Notes under the pieces: model-generated
Database searches by the model: none
What the model saw: the letters and a program-made list of their open reading frames with translations, nothing else
What the model was told of the DNA's origin: nothing
Shown here: positions 53,458-63,019 of the stretch, in pieces
Layout: the number at the start of each line of letters is the position of its first letter
Position numbering within the stretch: position 1 is the stretch's first letter
Translations under genes and position numbers: made by a program
Assembly: GCA_024639185.1 (NCBI GenBank)
Contig: JAHEIW010000003.1
Location: forward strand, 10,416 to 74,415
Reading direction: 5' to 3'
Length of the DNA stretch: 64,000 nucleotides
Source: Deltaproteobacteria bacterium
GTDB taxonomy: Bacteria; Desulfobacterota; Desulfobacteria; Desulfobacterales; JAHEIW01

Positions 53458-54534
53458 TTAAAAAGGCAGCAACTCCAATTGGGAAAACACCATATAGGCA
53501 AACAGACAAATATAGCCCCATACCAGATATGCAACAAATGAACAGGTACTCTTGCCGGGCAGATGGTTAATGTTAAACGTATGCTTCTTTTCCTTCAGAT
53601 AATCGGAGTATAATTTACAGCAGGAGATAACATAAATGGGTTTGAGAAACAGTTTAATCACACCGGTGGCAACTAAAATCGGTATGCCTGCGACCAAACA
53701 AAAGTTAAAAAATTCATGCTCAGGGTTTAATAATTGCACGCAAAAGCCATAAAATTCATGCTCAGCATCTATTTGTGTTAGGAGCTTGACCAAACAATAG
53801 AAAGAACCGGTATAGGCCAGAATACCAACGATCCAGCAAAGGACTGAATATCCCCCCCTTAATTTGATGACATCCCAGAGTTTACTTCTCACAAAAAGGA
53901 CCGATGTTTTACCCGCATCGATCAATCCCCGGCCGGAGAGCAGGGCCGGCAGAACGCCGGCGGTGCCAACTTTCCAGGCATAATACATGGCCTCACCCGC
54001 GGTATGATCAACGATATTGATGTGATCATTTTTTTTGGGCAGCCGCCGCAGGATTGCCGTTACCGTCCACCAGCTGTCGGCCGTCTGAAACATCCACAAA
54101 TTGCTGGCATTGGACAAGGCCATCGAAAAGCATCCGGCAATGGTAGACGGATGCCCCTGTTGCCTCAGGAAATGTGCAGCGCCCATACAGCCGGTTAGGA
54201 TGCCGATCGGATAACTGGCAAGCGCAACGCAAAAAAGGCTCCAAACGCCGATCAGCAGATTGGGTAAAATTTGGACAATCTCGGTTTCTGATTCCCAGAT
54301 CTCCATGGGAATCCAGGCAATGCATTCAACCCACAGGCGATACACCATGCCAAGGACGGCCCATTGCAATAGGGCAAAGAGAATAATCTCTTTTTCTTTA
54401 AAGATTAATCCCATCGCGTAAACAATACGGCCGGAAAAATCGAGCAGGTTTTTACCTTTCCAGATTTGCTTTTTGACGCCCCGTTGGTGCAGATAATGCT
54501 TTGTGGCGATTCCAATGAAATCCAAACGGAACAT
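53458..54534 (-). CDS. Hypothetical multi-pass membrane protein
   Basis: 358-aa ORF with several hydrophobic segments. Confidence 0.7.
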   Translation of the reverse strand: MFRLDFIGIATKHYLHQRGVKKQIWKGKNLLDFSGRIVYAMGLIFKEKEIILFALLQWAVLGMVYRLWVECIAWIPMEIWESETEIVQILPNLLIGVWSLFCVALASYPIGILTGCMGAAHFLRQQGHPSTIAGCFSMALSNASNLWMFQTADSWWTVTAILRRLPKKNDHINIVDHTAGEAMYYAWKVGTAGVLPALLSGRGLIDAGKTSVLFVRSKLWDVIKLRGGYSVLCWIVGILAYTGSFYCLVKLLTQIDAEHEFYGFCVQLLNPEHEFFNFCLVAGIPILVATGVIKLFLKPIYVISCCKLYSDYLKEKKHTFNINHLPGKSTCSFVAYLVWGYICLFAYMVFSQLELLPF

Positions 54535-54554
54535 AATGTGTCATCCCTCACCAG

Positions 54555-55853
54555 CTATCGGCTCGGATATTTTTTTTGCGGAATAAGCCGCAGGCACATG
54601 GGATAGCGATAAAATTCACCCTGATTGGCTTTGACGCCGGCAACGATGACCATAATGAGGCCGAACAGCATCAGACCGAAGATCAGAAAAATACCGATAA
54701 CAATCAGGATTAAAATGGCTGATATCATCATATAGATAAAAAGCGAGATCTGGAAATTAAGTGCTTCCTTGGCCTGATCGGCAACGAATTCGGATTCATT
54801 TTTCTTTAATTGCCAGACGACAAAAGGGCCGATAAAATTGCCCAGCGGCACGATCATTGAACTAAACGTGCTGATATGGGCCCACATCCCCCAGTTATTT
54901 TCCTGATCCTCACTGAGCGTCGCGTTCTCCGGTGTGCTGTTGTGGTTTTGACGTTTGACCAGAACCACCAGCCCCATAATCGAGCCAGCGAGAAAGCCGA
55001 AAAAAATCAGCACTCCTCCCCAGATGCTGCCCTTGATCATCTCCCATAGTTCAAAGCGGCGCACCAGAAGATGGTCGCTGCCTGGAATTTCGCCGTCAAC
55101 CGTAACGCCATAGGAGCCCAGGGTGTCCAGCTTGACCTGAGCGATGGCCTGCAGCACCGTGCTGCCATTTTCTTCGGTATAGGGGATTTCAGGCGGCTGC
55201 AGGGCCAGTTCTTTTCCAGTGGCCAGATCCATCAGATAGATGTCAAAATCCCGGCCCAGGCGATTATTGGCCATATTAAATACGCTGTATGCTGCGGTTT
55301 GATAAAAAAAGACATAGGTTCCGGGATTATCGATCTGAATATCGGTTTCGCCCGGCACATTCAAGCGGGTTTCGGTGCTTAAATAGGCATGCAGGGTGTT
55401 ATACAGCGTCATCCCGCCGGCAATCATCGGAATCAGAAAAACCAATACCGCAACGGCATACCAGATTCTGCCGGGGCCGGTTGCCGTCGGCACCGGTTGG
55501 GCAACGGCGGCCGGTGATGCTTGAACCGCCGTTTTCCTCTGAGTCGACGGAACGGGAGCGGCCACATCCATCTGGGCTGTTTGCGCGGGCAGCGGCGGCG
55601 GTGGGGTCGCGCCACTATTTTCTATCGGGCTGATGATGCAATCCGCACCAGCATCTTTGAGAGCACCATTGATTTTCAGGGCGGTTTGATGATCGACATT
55701 TTTCTTGATCACAAATCGCTTGCCCGAAAACAATCTATAAATCGTTTCTTCATCAGCTTTTAAAAGCGTTGCCAGATTGGATTTGACTTCATCGAGGTCC
55801 CATCCCGGAATAATGCGCCCCGAAAAATCAACATTGTACAGCATTCCAGACAT
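54555..55853 (-). CDS. Membrane protein with C-terminal DUF4870 domain
   Basis: WGMWAH..GPFVVWQLKK..DQAKEALNFQI..YRYP; N-terminal VKSNLA.L.K..LFSG..VIKK domain. Confidence 0.8.
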   Translation of the reverse strand: MSGMLYNVDFSGRIIPGWDLDEVKSNLATLLKADEETIYRLFSGKRFVIKKNVDHQTALKINGALKDAGADCIISPIENSGATPPPPLPAQTAQMDVAAPVPSTQRKTAVQASPAAVAQPVPTATGPGRIWYAVAVLVFLIPMIAGGMTLYNTLHAYLSTETRLNVPGETDIQIDNPGTYVFFYQTAAYSVFNMANNRLGRDFDIYLMDLATGKELALQPPEIPYTEENGSTVLQAIAQVKLDTLGSYGVTVDGEIPGSDHLLVRRFELWEMIKGSIWGGVLIFFGFLAGSIMGLVVLVKRQNHNSTPENATLSEDQENNWGMWAHISTFSSMIVPLGNFIGPFVVWQLKKNESEFVADQAKEALNFQISLFIYMMISAILILIVIGIFLIFGLMLFGLIMVIVAGVKANQGEFYRYPMCLRLIPQKKYPSR

Positions 55854-56083
55854 AATCGTTTCCTCGTACGTTTTTTAGGGGGTATTCCGCAGCAATGACG
55901 CTGTCAGCCCCTAGTCTATCTTCGGCTAAATAAAGGAAATGGTTTAGATTTTTTTAGATTTTTGACCTGCTGATGGTGATTTGATATGATGGCATCGATT
56001 TTTGGATTGATGCGGCTTAAAGGAGGCCATTGGTTGTCTGTACGATTGCTGAGAGATAAGCGTTGTTTTGTGTGTGGTGAGGA

Positions 56084-56659
56084 TTACGTCTGAATCAGGC
56101 TCAAAAAGTATTGATGGAAACGGGTATCAGTGGTCAGTTCAGGATGAAATGCGGTTGCCAGAAGTCTATCTTCAATTGCGGCCACCGGAGTGCCGTCTGC
56201 CAGATGGGCTAGCATGAGGACCCGTCCTTTGGTTTGAACCAGCTTGGGCGAACGAATAAATATTCCCGGAAATGGAATTGAATCTCCGTTTTTTAAGACA
56301 TTTACGTATACATCTTCTTTAAAACTGTCTTTTTGCCGGCCAAAAGCATTGCGTTCAACCACAATATCCATAACACCCATAAGGGGCTGATCCATTCCAA
56401 TTGCCTTGGCCATGAAAATCATGCCGGCGCAGGTGCCCCAGACCGGTCTTTCCCTGGCAAATTGGCGCAAAGGGTTCATCAGCTGATACATGACGGCCAA
56501 TTTGCCGATGGTGGTACTTTCACCTCCGGGTATGATGAGCCCATCGATGTCATTTAATTCTTCAGGCAAACGCACCTCGACCGCTTCCACATCAAGCTGC
56601 CGCAGCATATGGATGTGTTCACTAAATGCGCCCTGTAATGCTAACACACCGATTTTCAT
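56084..56659 (-). CDS. pdxT: PLP synthase glutaminase subunit
   Basis: MKIGVLALQG, PGGESTT, GTCAG, FHPE. Confidence 0.96.
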   Translation of the reverse strand: MKIGVLALQGAFSEHIHMLRQLDVEAVEVRLPEELNDIDGLIIPGGESTTIGKLAVMYQLMNPLRQFARERPVWGTCAGMIFMAKAIGMDQPLMGVMDIVVERNAFGRQKDSFKEDVYVNVLKNGDSIPFPGIFIRSPKLVQTKGRVLMLAHLADGTPVAAIEDRLLATAFHPELTTDTRFHQYFLSLIQT

Positions 56660-56670
56660 TATTATTATTT

Positions 56671-56774
56671 CACCACAGAGTTCACAGAGCACATAGAGAT
56701 AGTATTTAAAAGATGTATCGAAAAAGCCACGACCAATGCTTTTTATACGCTGTGATCTCTGTGTGCTCAGTGGT
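56671..56774. repeat. Inverted element with tandem CACAGAG arms between pdxS and pdxT
   Basis: caccacagagttcacagagcacatagag..ctgtgatctctgtgtgctcagtggt. Confidence 0.75.
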
Positions 56775-56805
56775 AAAAAAACATCATTCAATTCAGCAAG
56801 GTTTC

Positions 56806-57714
56806 TTACCAACCGCGATCAGCCAGGGTTTCCCCTTCGGCCAATGTGCTGACACTGATACCGACCATGGGCTCACCCAGATGTTGACTGATCTCAGCCA
56901 GGATTTTCGGATCCTTGTAGTGGGTGGTGGCTTCAACAATCGCCTTTGCCCGGCGGGCCGGATCGGCGGATTTAAAAATACCGGAGCCCACAAATACGCC
57001 ATCTACGCCGATTTGCATCATCAAGGCAGCATCCGCCGGCGTGGCAATGCCACCGGCCGCAAAATTAACCACCGGCAAACGGCCCAGTTCTTTGGTGTGT
57101 TTGACGACTTCATAGGGTGCACCCAAATCCTTGGCATAAGCCATTAGCTCATCGTCCGGTTTGGCTTTTAAATCACGGATGGCGCCCAATACCGTGCGTG
57201 CATGGCGCACCGCCTCGACAATATCACCGGTTCCGGCCTCACCTTTTGTTCGAATCATGGCGGCCCCTTCACCGATCCGGCGCAGCGCCTCACCCAGATC
57301 CCGGCAGCCGCAGACAAACGGAATCGTAAAAGGATGCTTGTCGATATGATGGCGCTCATCGGCCGGGGTCAACACCTCACTTTCATCCACATAATCAACG
57401 CCAATGGCTTCTAAAATCTGAGCCTCTACAAAATGACCGATGCGACATTTGGCCATCACCGGTATACTGACCGACTGCATAATTTCTTTGATCAATGCCG
57501 GATCGGACATACGGGCTACACCGCCATGCTCGCGGATATCTGCCGGAACCCGCTCCAGGGCCATCACCGCAACGGCACCGGCTTCCTCGGCAATGACAGC
57601 ATGCTCGACGGATACCACATCCATAATGACGCCGCCTTTGAGCATCTGTGCCAGCCCGCTTTTGACGGTGAAGCTGCCCACCCTGTCATCTGATTTTTTT
57701 TCATTCGTTTCCAT
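56806..57714 (-). CDS. pdxS: PLP synthase lyase subunit
   Basis: [36 protein letters not shown]. Confidence 0.97.
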   Translation of the reverse strand: METNEKKSDDRVGSFTVKSGLAQMLKGGVIMDVVSVEHAVIAEEAGAVAVMALERVPADIREHGGVARMSDPALIKEIMQSVSIPVMAKCRIGHFVEAQILEAIGVDYVDESEVLTPADERHHIDKHPFTIPFVCGCRDLGEALRRIGEGAAMIRTKGEAGTGDIVEAVRHARTVLGAIRDLKAKPDDELMAYAKDLGAPYEVVKHTKELGRLPVVNFAAGGIATPADAALMMQIGVDGVFVGSGIFKSADPARRAKAIVEATTHYKDPKILAEISQHLGEPMVGISVSTLAEGETLADRGW

Positions 57715-57792
57715 TGGATTTCCCCCCCGGTGAAATGAAATTCAGGTGCTTGATTTGAGTTGCGGCTATAGTAGCGGGTGTGTTAAAGAAAA

Positions 57793-57830
57793 AACAGATA
57801 CAGATAATTATAAAAATAAGCATAACAGTT
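57793..57830. promoter_or_regulatory. Candidate MocR-family operator
   Basis: ACAGAT-ACAGAT direct repeat plus ATAACAG in the divergent pdxS/regulator promoter. Confidence 0.5.
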
Positions 57831-57917
57831 TGGCTGTTCCCAGAAAGGCGAAACACCCATTTCGCCCAATAGATGCTATTTTAGGGCCTAAAAACAAACG
57901 GTTTTAGCGGAGAAAAT

Positions 57918-59372
57918 ATGGATCCAGTCAAAAAAACATTTCGTTATCGACATCTGGCCGAAGAGATTGAACAAAAAATTCTGAGCGGGACGTACCAGCC
58001 CGGAGAGCGGCTACCTTCGATCCGCAAACTGCACAAGCAATCCAACCTGAGTATTTCCACGATCTATCATGCCTACCTGGAACTGGAGTCCATGGGACTG
58101 GTTGAGGCCCGACCCAAATCCGGCTATTACGTTAACCCCGTCGCCCTGCAAAACCTAAAAATCCCGCGATTCAAAAAAGAGTCCTTTCCGCCTAAAAAAG
58201 TCAGATTGTCATCCATGATAAATTCGGTCATATCGGCCATCAGCAACCCTTATCTGTTGCCCCTGGGCTCGACGGTGGTCGATGCGAAACTAATGCCCTT
58301 CAAGCACTTTTCCAGAATCCTGAAAAATCTCTCCCATGTGGAATTACAATCCATGATCTCATATTCTCCCTCGGAGGGGTATGCTGAGCTTCGCCGTCAG
58401 ATTGCACTGCGAACAGTGGGCGTTTTGGAAGGCATCGCGCCGGAAGATATTATTATTACCAATGGCTGCATGGAAGCAGTGGCCCTGTCCATGCTGGCCA
58501 TTGCACGGCCGGGGGGTACCATCGCGGTTGAAACCCCGACGAATTTTGGTTTTCTGCAGTTGCTGCAGGAACTGGGGCTCCTGGTAATGGAGGTGCCGGC
58601 TGATCCCAGATATGGTGTGGATTTAGACGAACTGGAAAAAATTTTTTGCCGCAACACCATCAAGGCCTGCCTGCTGATACCGAATTTTCACAATCCCCTG
58701 GGCGCCCTGATGCCCGACGATCATAAGATCAGATTGATTCAATTAATCAATCAATATGACATTGCGGTGATCGAGGATGACATCAGCTCCGAGTTGCATT
58801 TTGGGCCTAAACGGCCGATGCCCTTAAAATCATATGATACGCAGGACCGGGTGATCACGTGCTCATCCTTTTCAAAGACCCTGGCACCGGGTTTGCGAAT
58901 CGGTTGGGCCATTCCGGGCAAGCGATACATGGAAAAGGTTCAGAATTTAAAAGCCGCCACAACGGTTTCGACCTCAACCCTGGATCAATACATGATATCA
59001 CAATACCTGGCCGAAGGGGCTTTTGAGCGTTACAGCAGGCGGTTGAGGCACTTGCTGAAAAAGCAGGTCGTCAGAACCGCTTTTGCCATCCAAAAACATT
59101 TCCCACCGGGCACGCGTCTGGCCATACCTGAAGGCGGGACCCTTTTGTGGGTCGAGCTCCCTTTGCAGGTCGACGGCTTGCAGGTATACCGCAAGGCCCT
59201 TGAGCATCATATTGCCATCATTCCCGGGGTGGTATGCTCCAACGCCGGGCAATTTAAAAATTTTATCCAGATCAGCTGCGGGTCACCGGTTACAGAAGAT
59301 ATGGAAAGGGGAATAAAGCGATTGGGTGAGATCGTATTTGATTTTTCGGACGCCAAACGGCCAGCATCTTAA
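57918..59372 (+). CDS. MocR/GntR-family PLP-dependent regulator (PdxR-like by context)
   Basis: RLPSIR wHTH plus aminotransferase domain (PNFHNPLG, IEDD, SFSKTLAPGLRIG); divergent from pdxST. Confidence 0.9.
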   Translation: MDPVKKTFRYRHLAEEIEQKILSGTYQPGERLPSIRKLHKQSNLSISTIYHAYLELESMGLVEARPKSGYYVNPVALQNLKIPRFKKESFPPKKVRLSSMINSVISAISNPYLLPLGSTVVDAKLMPFKHFSRILKNLSHVELQSMISYSPSEGYAELRRQIALRTVGVLEGIAPEDIIITNGCMEAVALSMLAIARPGGTIAVETPTNFGFLQLLQELGLLVMEVPADPRYGVDLDELEKIFCRNTIKACLLIPNFHNPLGALMPDDHKIRLIQLINQYDIAVIEDDISSELHFGPKRPMPLKSYDTQDRVITCSSFSKTLAPGLRIGWAIPGKRYMEKVQNLKAATTVSTSTLDQYMISQYLAEGAFERYSRRLRHLLKKQVVRTAFAIQKHFPPGTRLAIPEGGTLLWVELPLQVDGLQVYRKALEHHIAIIPGVVCSNAGQFKNFIQISCGSPVTEDMERGIKRLGEIVFDFSDAKRPAS

Positions 59373-59405
59373 TTTTTAGCGAGGCATCAGCGATCAACAA
59401 TTGGT

Positions 59406-59579
59406 TTATTGAATATCATCGACGGTGTAGGTGCCCCATTGTCCGATTTTGACGATACCGTCTTCTTCCAAGCCCTCTTGAATCGATTGAAATACCGCAT
59501 CAACCGCTTTGGCAGCCGTCTTTTTGGGAAGATCATCCAGCTTTTCGGCCACTCTTTTGACCAATTCGGTTTTATTCAT
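59406..59579 (-). CDS. 57-aa truncated HU-family protein
   Basis: MNKTELVKRVAEKLDDLPKKTAAKAVDAVFQSIQEGLEEDGIVKIGQWGTYTVDDIQ*; RBS agaggtg; below the ORF-track cutoff. Confidence 0.78.
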   Translation of the reverse strand: MNKTELVKRVAEKLDDLPKKTAAKAVDAVFQSIQEGLEEDGIVKIGQWGTYTVDDIQ

Positions 59580-59672
59580 CTGCACCTCTTTGTGTTGAAG
59601 TAAAAAATGGCTTTAAAACGGTCTATTATGGTCGATGGCACGGCGCAAATCGATTAAAAAGTGGAGCGTACA

Positions 59673-59772
59673 TATCGTGGCTTGAAGCCACTCCCACATC
59701 TATTCGTAAACAGGGTTGGTTATCATGTTCGTATCCATAAAAATTTGTGGGAGCGGCATCTTGCCGCGATAT
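59673..59772. repeat. Pair of GTGG-type REP sequences in inverted orientation
   Basis: Minus TGTGGGAGTGGCTTCAAGCCACGATA; plus TGTGGGAGCGGCATCTTGCCGCGATA. Confidence 0.75.
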
Positions 59773-59836
59773 TCGAGTATTTTAAACCAGCTCGGAACAC
59801 AGCCATCAGCCATATGAGGCGGTCTCAAAGCTATTT

Positions 59837-60259
59837 CTATTTCCAGCCAATGACCTGATACCCTTTATCCCGCAAACACTGCTCAACGAAGCGGCGCTCA
59901 ATTTCATCCGGGTCGCCTGATTTCCAGGCACCCCGCATCAATCCGCCTGCACCGCCGCCGGCGGCACCGGCTGCCAAACCGCGGCCTGTGCGGCCCCTGA
60001 CGGCGCCGATCGCTCCGCCGATCGCTGCTCCTGTGGCAGCCCCCTTGCCTGTTGATACGGCCACATTCTTGCCGGCATCGGTTTCATGGCCATGATCGGC
60101 CGCCAGCTGAATACAGTCATCAATATCGGCGATGGCTACAGATTCGCCTGCCGACTTGTAAGTGTAATTTGGATAAAGAACCGGGCGTTTTTTTGAACAG
60201 GCGGCCATCACAATGATGATGGTGAACAGGCAAACGGTCATTGTCAAATATTTTTTCAT
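59837..60259 (-). CDS. Glycine-zipper lipoprotein
   Basis: MAAC lipobox, RPVLYPN, GAAIGGAIGAV, FVEQCLRDKGY..IGW. Confidence 0.85.
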   Translation of the reverse strand: MKKYLTMTVCLFTIIIVMAACSKKRPVLYPNYTYKSAGESVAIADIDDCIQLAADHGHETDAGKNVAVSTGKGAATGAAIGGAIGAVRGRTGRGLAAGAAGGGAGGLMRGAWKSGDPDEIERRFVEQCLRDKGYQVIGWK

Positions 60260-60548
60260 ATGAGTCGCAGCTTTCAAACCTGCACGCGCGTCACAGCCCC
60301 AAAGGGCATGCAGCGTTAACATTAAGAGTTACAGGATTTCATAGCATGTAAATGAATAACAAGCTGGGGCTGTATCTGCATAATCGCAACTTATGCTTAT
60401 TATAAAATCAAAAATGGCGGCGATCAAGACCATTGGATGAAAATCGTATTAACCTTTTAACCATTCCATAATCATTCCTTAGTATGACTGACGTTTCCCG
60501 GTGAAATGTTGTCGACATATCCCGGTAGTGCGGTTTATGGTTTCAGGA

Positions 60549-60875
60549 TCATGTCTGGGGGTCGGCCTTTTCGTCCGATTCAGACCTCATACTGCCGAGA
60601 TCGGGATAACAGGCGGATGGATCATCAGCGGAGGTAACGTCCGGTAAAGGGTAAAGCTGGCGTCGGCTTGAACCTTTGTGTAATCTTTCATGCAGGAAGT
60701 ATAATAGATAAGCGATGACGATTCCAAGGAAAATAAAAAAAGCAACGATTAAAAGGGACTCTACCAGGGTCGCCATAGCGGCACCGAAATTTTCGCTCTT
60801 TACCATACGGTATACAACCGTAAAGATGAACACCAGCATGGCCGCAATAAACAAGGCTGCCTGCAAGGGTTTCAT
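60549..60875 (-). CDS. Hypothetical two-TM membrane protein
   Basis: Two hydrophobic helices followed by a polar tail. Confidence 0.55.
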   Translation of the reverse strand: MKPLQAALFIAAMLVFIFTVVYRMVKSENFGAAMATLVESLLIVAFFIFLGIVIAYLLYFLHERLHKGSSRRQLYPLPDVTSADDPSACYPDLGSMRSESDEKADPQT

Positions 60876-61055
60876 CTTACGTCCCTGTCGGCTGATAAGC
60901 GGTCGCATCATTTTCGGCCCCCGGTTGGCTTTAGATCTTTATCCATTACCGGCTTATTTCGGCCGGTATGGCGCCCGTATGCATAATATATCAATATGTT
61001 ATGCGTCTATTCCATCGGCCAAATGGGAATACCAGGTGGGATTTGGCCGTCTGTG

Positions 61056-61703
61056 TTATTCAAAGGTTAAGGTAGCGACTATTTTTTCCAGTTGATGGAG
61101 GCCGGATTCGTCCTGATAGGTCAACGCCATCATTAAGGCATATCCTTTCATGATGGTGGCATACTGTCGTTGCCGAATGACAACACCCGGTCCCATGGTG
61201 ATCTCGGTTTCCATGATGTCAAATGTTACCCCATCGATGGTCTTTTCATAGATCTCTTTCGGATAAGAGACTTTCATACGGCTGAATTTCATCAATTTTT
61301 TTGCATGGTAATGGTAATCGCTACCTCTTTTGATACCGGGTGCATGTTTTACTTTTTCGGCAATCAACATGATTCCCGGGTTGGTGGTAACAGCCGCTCC
61401 GGGTGGATGTTCGTAAGCTGTTAACAAATTGATGCTTTGGAGATCTGCCGCTTTGATGGCGGCCTTCAAACTTTTATTCTCCCCGGCGACAATTTCGCCG
61501 CCGCGTTTCATTATTTCCAGCCGGGATTCCAGATCCAGAACGTGCCAGGAATCCGGGATGCTGAGCATCAGATCAAAAAAGGTATTGGTGTAGTTGCCGG
61601 TCTCAAACGTTCCGAAATCAATCGCTTTTTTATCACTGCAACTGGTCATCGAAACGCTGCAAACCAGCCATACGACCAGCATCATGCGTCGCACAATTTT
61701 CAT
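61056..61703 (-). CDS. Hypothetical lipoprotein (PsbP-like pattern)
   Basis: TSC lipobox, YTNTFFDL..IPDSW. Confidence 0.7.
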   Translation of the reverse strand: MKIVRRMMLVVWLVCSVSMTSCSDKKAIDFGTFETGNYTNTFFDLMLSIPDSWHVLDLESRLEIMKRGGEIVAGENKSLKAAIKAADLQSINLLTAYEHPPGAAVTTNPGIMLIAEKVKHAPGIKRGSDYHYHAKKLMKFSRMKVSYPKEIYEKTIDGVTFDIMETEITMGPGVVIRQRQYATIMKGYALMMALTYQDESGLHQLEKIVATLTFE

Positions 61704-61966
61704 TTTTCAGCGGTCCTTACAAATTTTTGTCAATTCCGTATCGATACCGAGCAAATGCATTGAATACACAATATAGAGTATATCGGAAAACCCTGCACAC
61801 TGCAATTTTTTCTGCTCGCCATGTGTATTAAAGCGCAACTCTCCGATTGCTGATGCCGGCACCAGTGCTTATGTTTTTCCAGTCAAAAGAATTCGGAAAA
61901 AGACCATTTTTCTGCGGGTTCAACGGGCGAAACGGAAAAACCGGTCAATTGATATGGGAGGTCATC

Positions 61967-62377
61967 ATGGAAGTGTTAAACTGGCAAGAGTGTGAAGATG
62001 TTCAGATAAAAAAATTCCCTTATCGGGGCCAGCAACTTGATGTCAAAGGCATTAGCATTCGCTGGCTGTCAAAGCACGGTGATGACGGTACCGGCTATCC
62101 GGAGTATGGTCTGCGGTTTTTTACGGCCCAACCCGGCGGAGAGATCCCCATCCACAATCATTTCTATCACCAGACCATGTACATCCTCAGCGGCCGCTTT
62201 GAGTGCTACCAGTATGATCCTCAAACCGATGAAGTTGTCAAAAAATCGGTTTGCGGTGCCGGTGATGTGATCTATGTACCCAGCCTGGAGCCCCATGGCA
62301 TGAAAAATATCAGCGATAGTGAATCAGCCACTTTTTTGTGCTGTATCTGTAATGTTTACGACAACGCGGGTGAGTAG
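61967..62377 (+). CDS. Cupin-domain protein
   Basis: PGGEIPIHNHFYHQ, GDVIYVP..EPHG; RBS ggagg. Confidence 0.88.
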   Translation: MEVLNWQECEDVQIKKFPYRGQQLDVKGISIRWLSKHGDDGTGYPEYGLRFFTAQPGGEIPIHNHFYHQTMYILSGRFECYQYDPQTDEVVKKSVCGAGDVIYVPSLEPHGMKNISDSESATFLCCICNVYDNAGE

Positions 62378-62438
62378 CAAAGGTGTTTTTGCACATGGCA
62401 AGGGCATTGCTGCTTAGCACGCAACTGCACGGCTGCTG

Positions 62439-62843
62439 TTAATTGTTCGCCGGTAACATTCCGAAATGCCTTACTTTGTTCATCACCAATTGGGTTTCAA
62501 GTGGTTTTACCATAAAATCATCGCAGCCATCCCTCAGACAGGCCATCACCATTTCTTTTTGTGACACGCCGCTGACCATGATAATTTTTGCCTTGAGTTT
62601 GTCCGGAATCCCTTTATTTTTTTCAAGTTCCCGAATTTTAGTTAAAACCTGGCTTCCATTCATTTCGGGCATTAAAATATCCAGGAAAATGAGGTCGAAG
62701 GGTCGCCAATCCTGCCAGGCTTTTTTGAATGCGGACAGCGCTGCTTTGCCGCTATCGGCTGTTTCGCATTCTCCCATTTTTGCGACCATCGACTTTAACA
62801 GTTTTCGGGTGGGTTCGTCATCGTCAATAACCAAGACTCTCAT
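62439..62843 (-). CDS. Single-domain CheY-like response regulator
   Basis: VIDDD, LDILMP, KP. Confidence 0.9.
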   Translation of the reverse strand: MRVLVIDDDEPTRKLLKSMVAKMGECETADSGKAALSAFKKAWQDWRPFDLIFLDILMPEMNGSQVLTKIRELEKNKGIPDKLKAKIIMVSGVSQKEMVMACLRDGCDDFMVKPLETQLVMNKVRHFGMLPANN

Positions 62844-63019
62844 GGGGTCCTCCAAATTTTTTGCAAATCTAACATACTACTAAAGTATCGGTTATTTATA
62901 CAAAAACTTAAGAAAAACGCCTTCGGTGATGGTCAATCAGCTGGCTTGACGGTCGGGTCGAAACGGTGAATCAAATCCAGCCGGAGCGGTTTTGAAAATG
63001 GAAGGCGACATTTTTTGAA

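Noticed and set aside
59409-59603. 64-aa plus-strand ORF
   Set aside because: Antisense shadow of the mini-HU gene.
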